A stretch of DNA of 64,000 nt from Nitrosopumilus sp. (lineage in GTDB: Archaea; Thermoproteota; Nitrososphaeria; Nitrososphaerales; Nitrosopumilaceae). The position numbers and the translations under genes are program-made. Of this stretch, positions 61,755-64,000 are shown in pieces; position 1 is the first letter of the stretch; the number at the start of each line of letters is the position of its first letter. Location of the stretch: the NCBI GenBank assembly GCA_965203315.1, contig OZ241857.1, positions 1,120,001-1,184,000 of the forward strand, written 5' to 3'. A model generated the notes under the pieces. It saw only the letters and a program-made list of their open reading frames with translations. It ran no database searches and was not told where the DNA came from.

Positions 61755-64000
61755 ATGATAAGGATATTGTTAGTATTTGTAATATTGTGTGGAACTGTTC
61801 CACTTGTATCTGCTCACCCTTTTACAGAACAGACTATTCCCAGCTTGGCCAGTAATGCACCTGTGGGAACGACAGAGGTTATCGTATACTTTTCAGAACC
61901 AGTCGATATCAACTTTAGTGAGATCAGAGTTTTTGATCATACTGGAGATCAGATAGACAACAAGGATACTGCATATTATGAGAACGAACTGTCTCTGATC
62001 GTTACGACACCACCATTAGAGGATGGCAAGCATACTGCATCAGTCAAGGTATTATCCAAAATAGATGGACATTTGGTTCCTAGTGCATTTGTATTTGGTG
62101 TCGGGGATGTAATCATAAAAGATACATCAGTCGATGTAGATACAGAGATCATATTTCTACCTGGGGCAGTGGCAAGGTTTCCCGGACTTGTAGGTCAGAC
62201 TATTGTACTAGGAGCTATAATTTCATCACTACTGATCTGGGGAATACAGAACAAGAGGACGATCATGGACGAGCTGCAAAAGGTGCAGATGCAACATTAC
62301 TCTAAATTTATGACGATTACAGGTTTGGGACTGATCCTAGTGTTTGTATCAAATGTATTGATGATCGCAATCCAGACGATCCGCTTAGAGACTACGTTCT
62401 TTGATGTGATCGGTACATACTTTGGTACTGTATGGGTTGTGAGGATGGGCACAACCGTTGCGTTGCTGATCATCTGGTTTGTGTTGAATAGACAGGGTAG
62501 ACTGACGATAAAGGGACAGAGCTTGATGCTCAGTATATCACTTGTCCTGATTGCTACAACGACTATAATCGGTCACGGAGCAGCAAGTGGAGAGATGGGC
62601 GCCACAATACTAGACTATGCCCACAATCTGGTTGCAGCTGTATGGATAGGAGGACTGGTATATTTGGCCATGATACTGTTACCTGCTCTGTCTCAACTAA
62701 ACCGGACAAACGAGTCAAAGATGAGTCTGGTCATAATTCCGAGATTCTCGATAGCGTTTGTAATTGCAGTTGGCATAGTTATCGTTACAGGTCCAACACT
62801 CTTGTGGTTCTTGGAGAGCGATGTATCAAGGATAACAGACTCTGTCTTTGGCCAACTCATAATCTCAAAGATCGTGATTGCTGTAATCATGGTTGGATTG
62901 GGAGGGTTCTTTCAGTTCAAGTTGCAACGCGAAGGAACGCGAAACCACACACAGAACAATATTCGTAGAAAACTTCAACGAACACTAAAGATCGATGTTG
63001 CGCTAGGTATAGCACTACTCGGCATAGTTGCATTACTCACCAATGGTACGCTACCTGCAGGCGAGATTGGGCCAGCTAGTGCACAACAGATATCATATGG
63101 GTACAAGGCCATCGAGTTTACAGATGATGCCAAGTTTGATATCGAGTTAGTACCATTTACCAGCGGCATAAACACGATAACAGTAAGTGTAAGTGACTTG
63201 AACGGGAATGGACTGTACGATTTGGATCAGGTAAAGGTAAAGGTATCCAACCCTTCAAAGAACATAGTAGCGATCGAGATTCCTATGACGCAGATCGTAT
63301 CAGACGATACCACAAGATTTCAAGGCGATCTAACTTTTGGATTCTCTGGAGAGTGGTTGATCGAGATCGAAGCTCAACGAACAGAGAACGTCAACGAGTC
63401 AAAGATGTTAAATCTATTGGTGAAACCCAGACTCGGAGACATGCAGATGCAAGTCATCGAGTACGAGTTTCCAGAGAGAGTAGCTCCACTCAACTTGATA
63501 TATGATGGACACGGATCTCTATGGATAGGCGATACAGCAGCCCCTAAACTCTGGCAGTTTACGATAGATACTGCCGAGTTTGAGTCGTATACGTTTGATG
63601 GACTAGTCATCACGTCGCTTGCTAGAGACAGTATGGGGAGAATCTGGTTTCTAGATACACAACGTAGTCAGTTGGGATATCTAGATCCAGATACACGACA
63701 AATCACAACAAAGATCATACCAAATGTGGGTCCGGTAATATCAGAGAATAGACCGATCTCGATTCAGACCGACTCGGACGACGTAATATGGGTAACTGTT
63801 ACCAACAAGGACAAGATCGTAAAGTATTCACCAAAAGATGATACGTTTGACGAGTTTGATCTAAAACGAGGATCACTTCCGTTTGCACTAGATATCGACG
63901 ATGAACAACGAGTATGGTATACGGCAACCGGTACAGGCGATATAGGATATATCGACAGAGATGGGCAGATTGTTACGTTTGCAGCTGATCCTCCATTACA
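61755..64000 (+). CDS. CopC-CopD fusion copper protein with C-terminal beta-propeller repeats (runs off window end)
   Basis: Manual translation: ..VSA-HPFTEQTIP..FSEPV..LSKIDGH (CopC), GH..HNLVAAVWIGG (CopD), then G.LWI/G.IWF repeats; absent from ORF track. Confidence 0.88.
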   Translation, partial: MIRILLVFVILCGTVPLVSAHPFTEQTIPSLASNAPVGTTEVIVYFSEPVDINFSEIRVFDHTGDQIDNKDTAYYENELSLIVTTPPLEDGKHTASVKVLSKIDGHLVPSAFVFGVGDVIIKDTSVDVDTEIIFLPGAVARFPGLVGQTIVLGAIISSLLIWGIQNKRTIMDELQKVQMQHYSKFMTITGLGLILVFVSNVLMIAIQTIRLETTFFDVIGTYFGTVWVVRMGTTVALLIIWFVLNRQGRLTIKGQSLMLSISLVLIATTTIIGHGAASGEMGATILDYAHNLVAAVWIGGLVYLAMILLPALSQLNRTNESKMSLVIIPRFSIAFVIAVGIVIVTGPTLLWFLESDVSRITDSVFGQLIISKIVIAVIMVGLGGFFQFKLQREGTRNHTQNNIRRKLQRTLKIDVALGIALLGIVALLTNGTLPAGEIGPASAQQISYGYKAIEFTDDAKFDIELVPFTSGINTITVSVSDLNGNGLYDLDQVKVKVSNPSKNIVAIEIPMTQIVSDDTTRFQGDLTFGFSGEWLIEIEAQRTENVNESKMLNLLVKPRLGDMQMQVIEYEFPERVAPLNLIYDGHGSLWIGDTAAPKLWQFTIDTAEFESYTFDGLVITSLARDSMGRIWFLDTQRSQLGYLDPDTRQITTKIIPNVGPVISENRPISIQTDSDDVIWVTVTNKDKIVKYSPKDDTFDEFDLKRGSLPFALDIDDEQRVWYTATGTGDIGYIDRDGQIVTFAADPPL

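Noticed and set aside
76-63613. Numerous 60-180 aa antisense or overlapping ORFs in the track (e.g. 76-387, 16818-17372, 21769-22272, 53926-54408, 62642-62968)
   Set aside because: Shadows of well-supported genes with no recognisable motifs

Overview
Archaeal genomic DNA, most consistent with an ammonia-oxidising thaumarchaeon (Nitrosopumilaceae-like). Support: PEFG-CTERM and CFI-box-CTERM proteins, IPxWIK-repeat secreted proteins, a short CobQ, and archaeal S27e/L44e/Rpp21/Nep1/thermosome. The density of MITEs, IS copies, TPR, TA and defence genes would fit a host-associated lineage (inference only). Core genes: asd, late cobalamin operon, adenine deaminase, thermosome, guaA/guaB, folate genes, tRNA-Gly, class II RNR plus an HTH-ATP-cone-NrdD-like gene, thiolase/DUF35, and a copper-handling secreted-protein cluster at the right end. 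Accessory DNA: an AT-rich island (~40.3-52.3 kb) encodes a DISARM-like DrmA-DrmB pair plus a third SF2 helicase with an inserted PKD-like domain, with no methyltransferase or PLD nuclease gene in the window. drmB is split by a recent IS630 insertion. There are two near-identical IS630 copies, a cognate MITE family that stacks on element ends, three other MITE-like families, and a candidate ~190-nt structured ncRNA upstream of the thermosome gene. All calls are by eye from sequence and motifs; no database searches were run.
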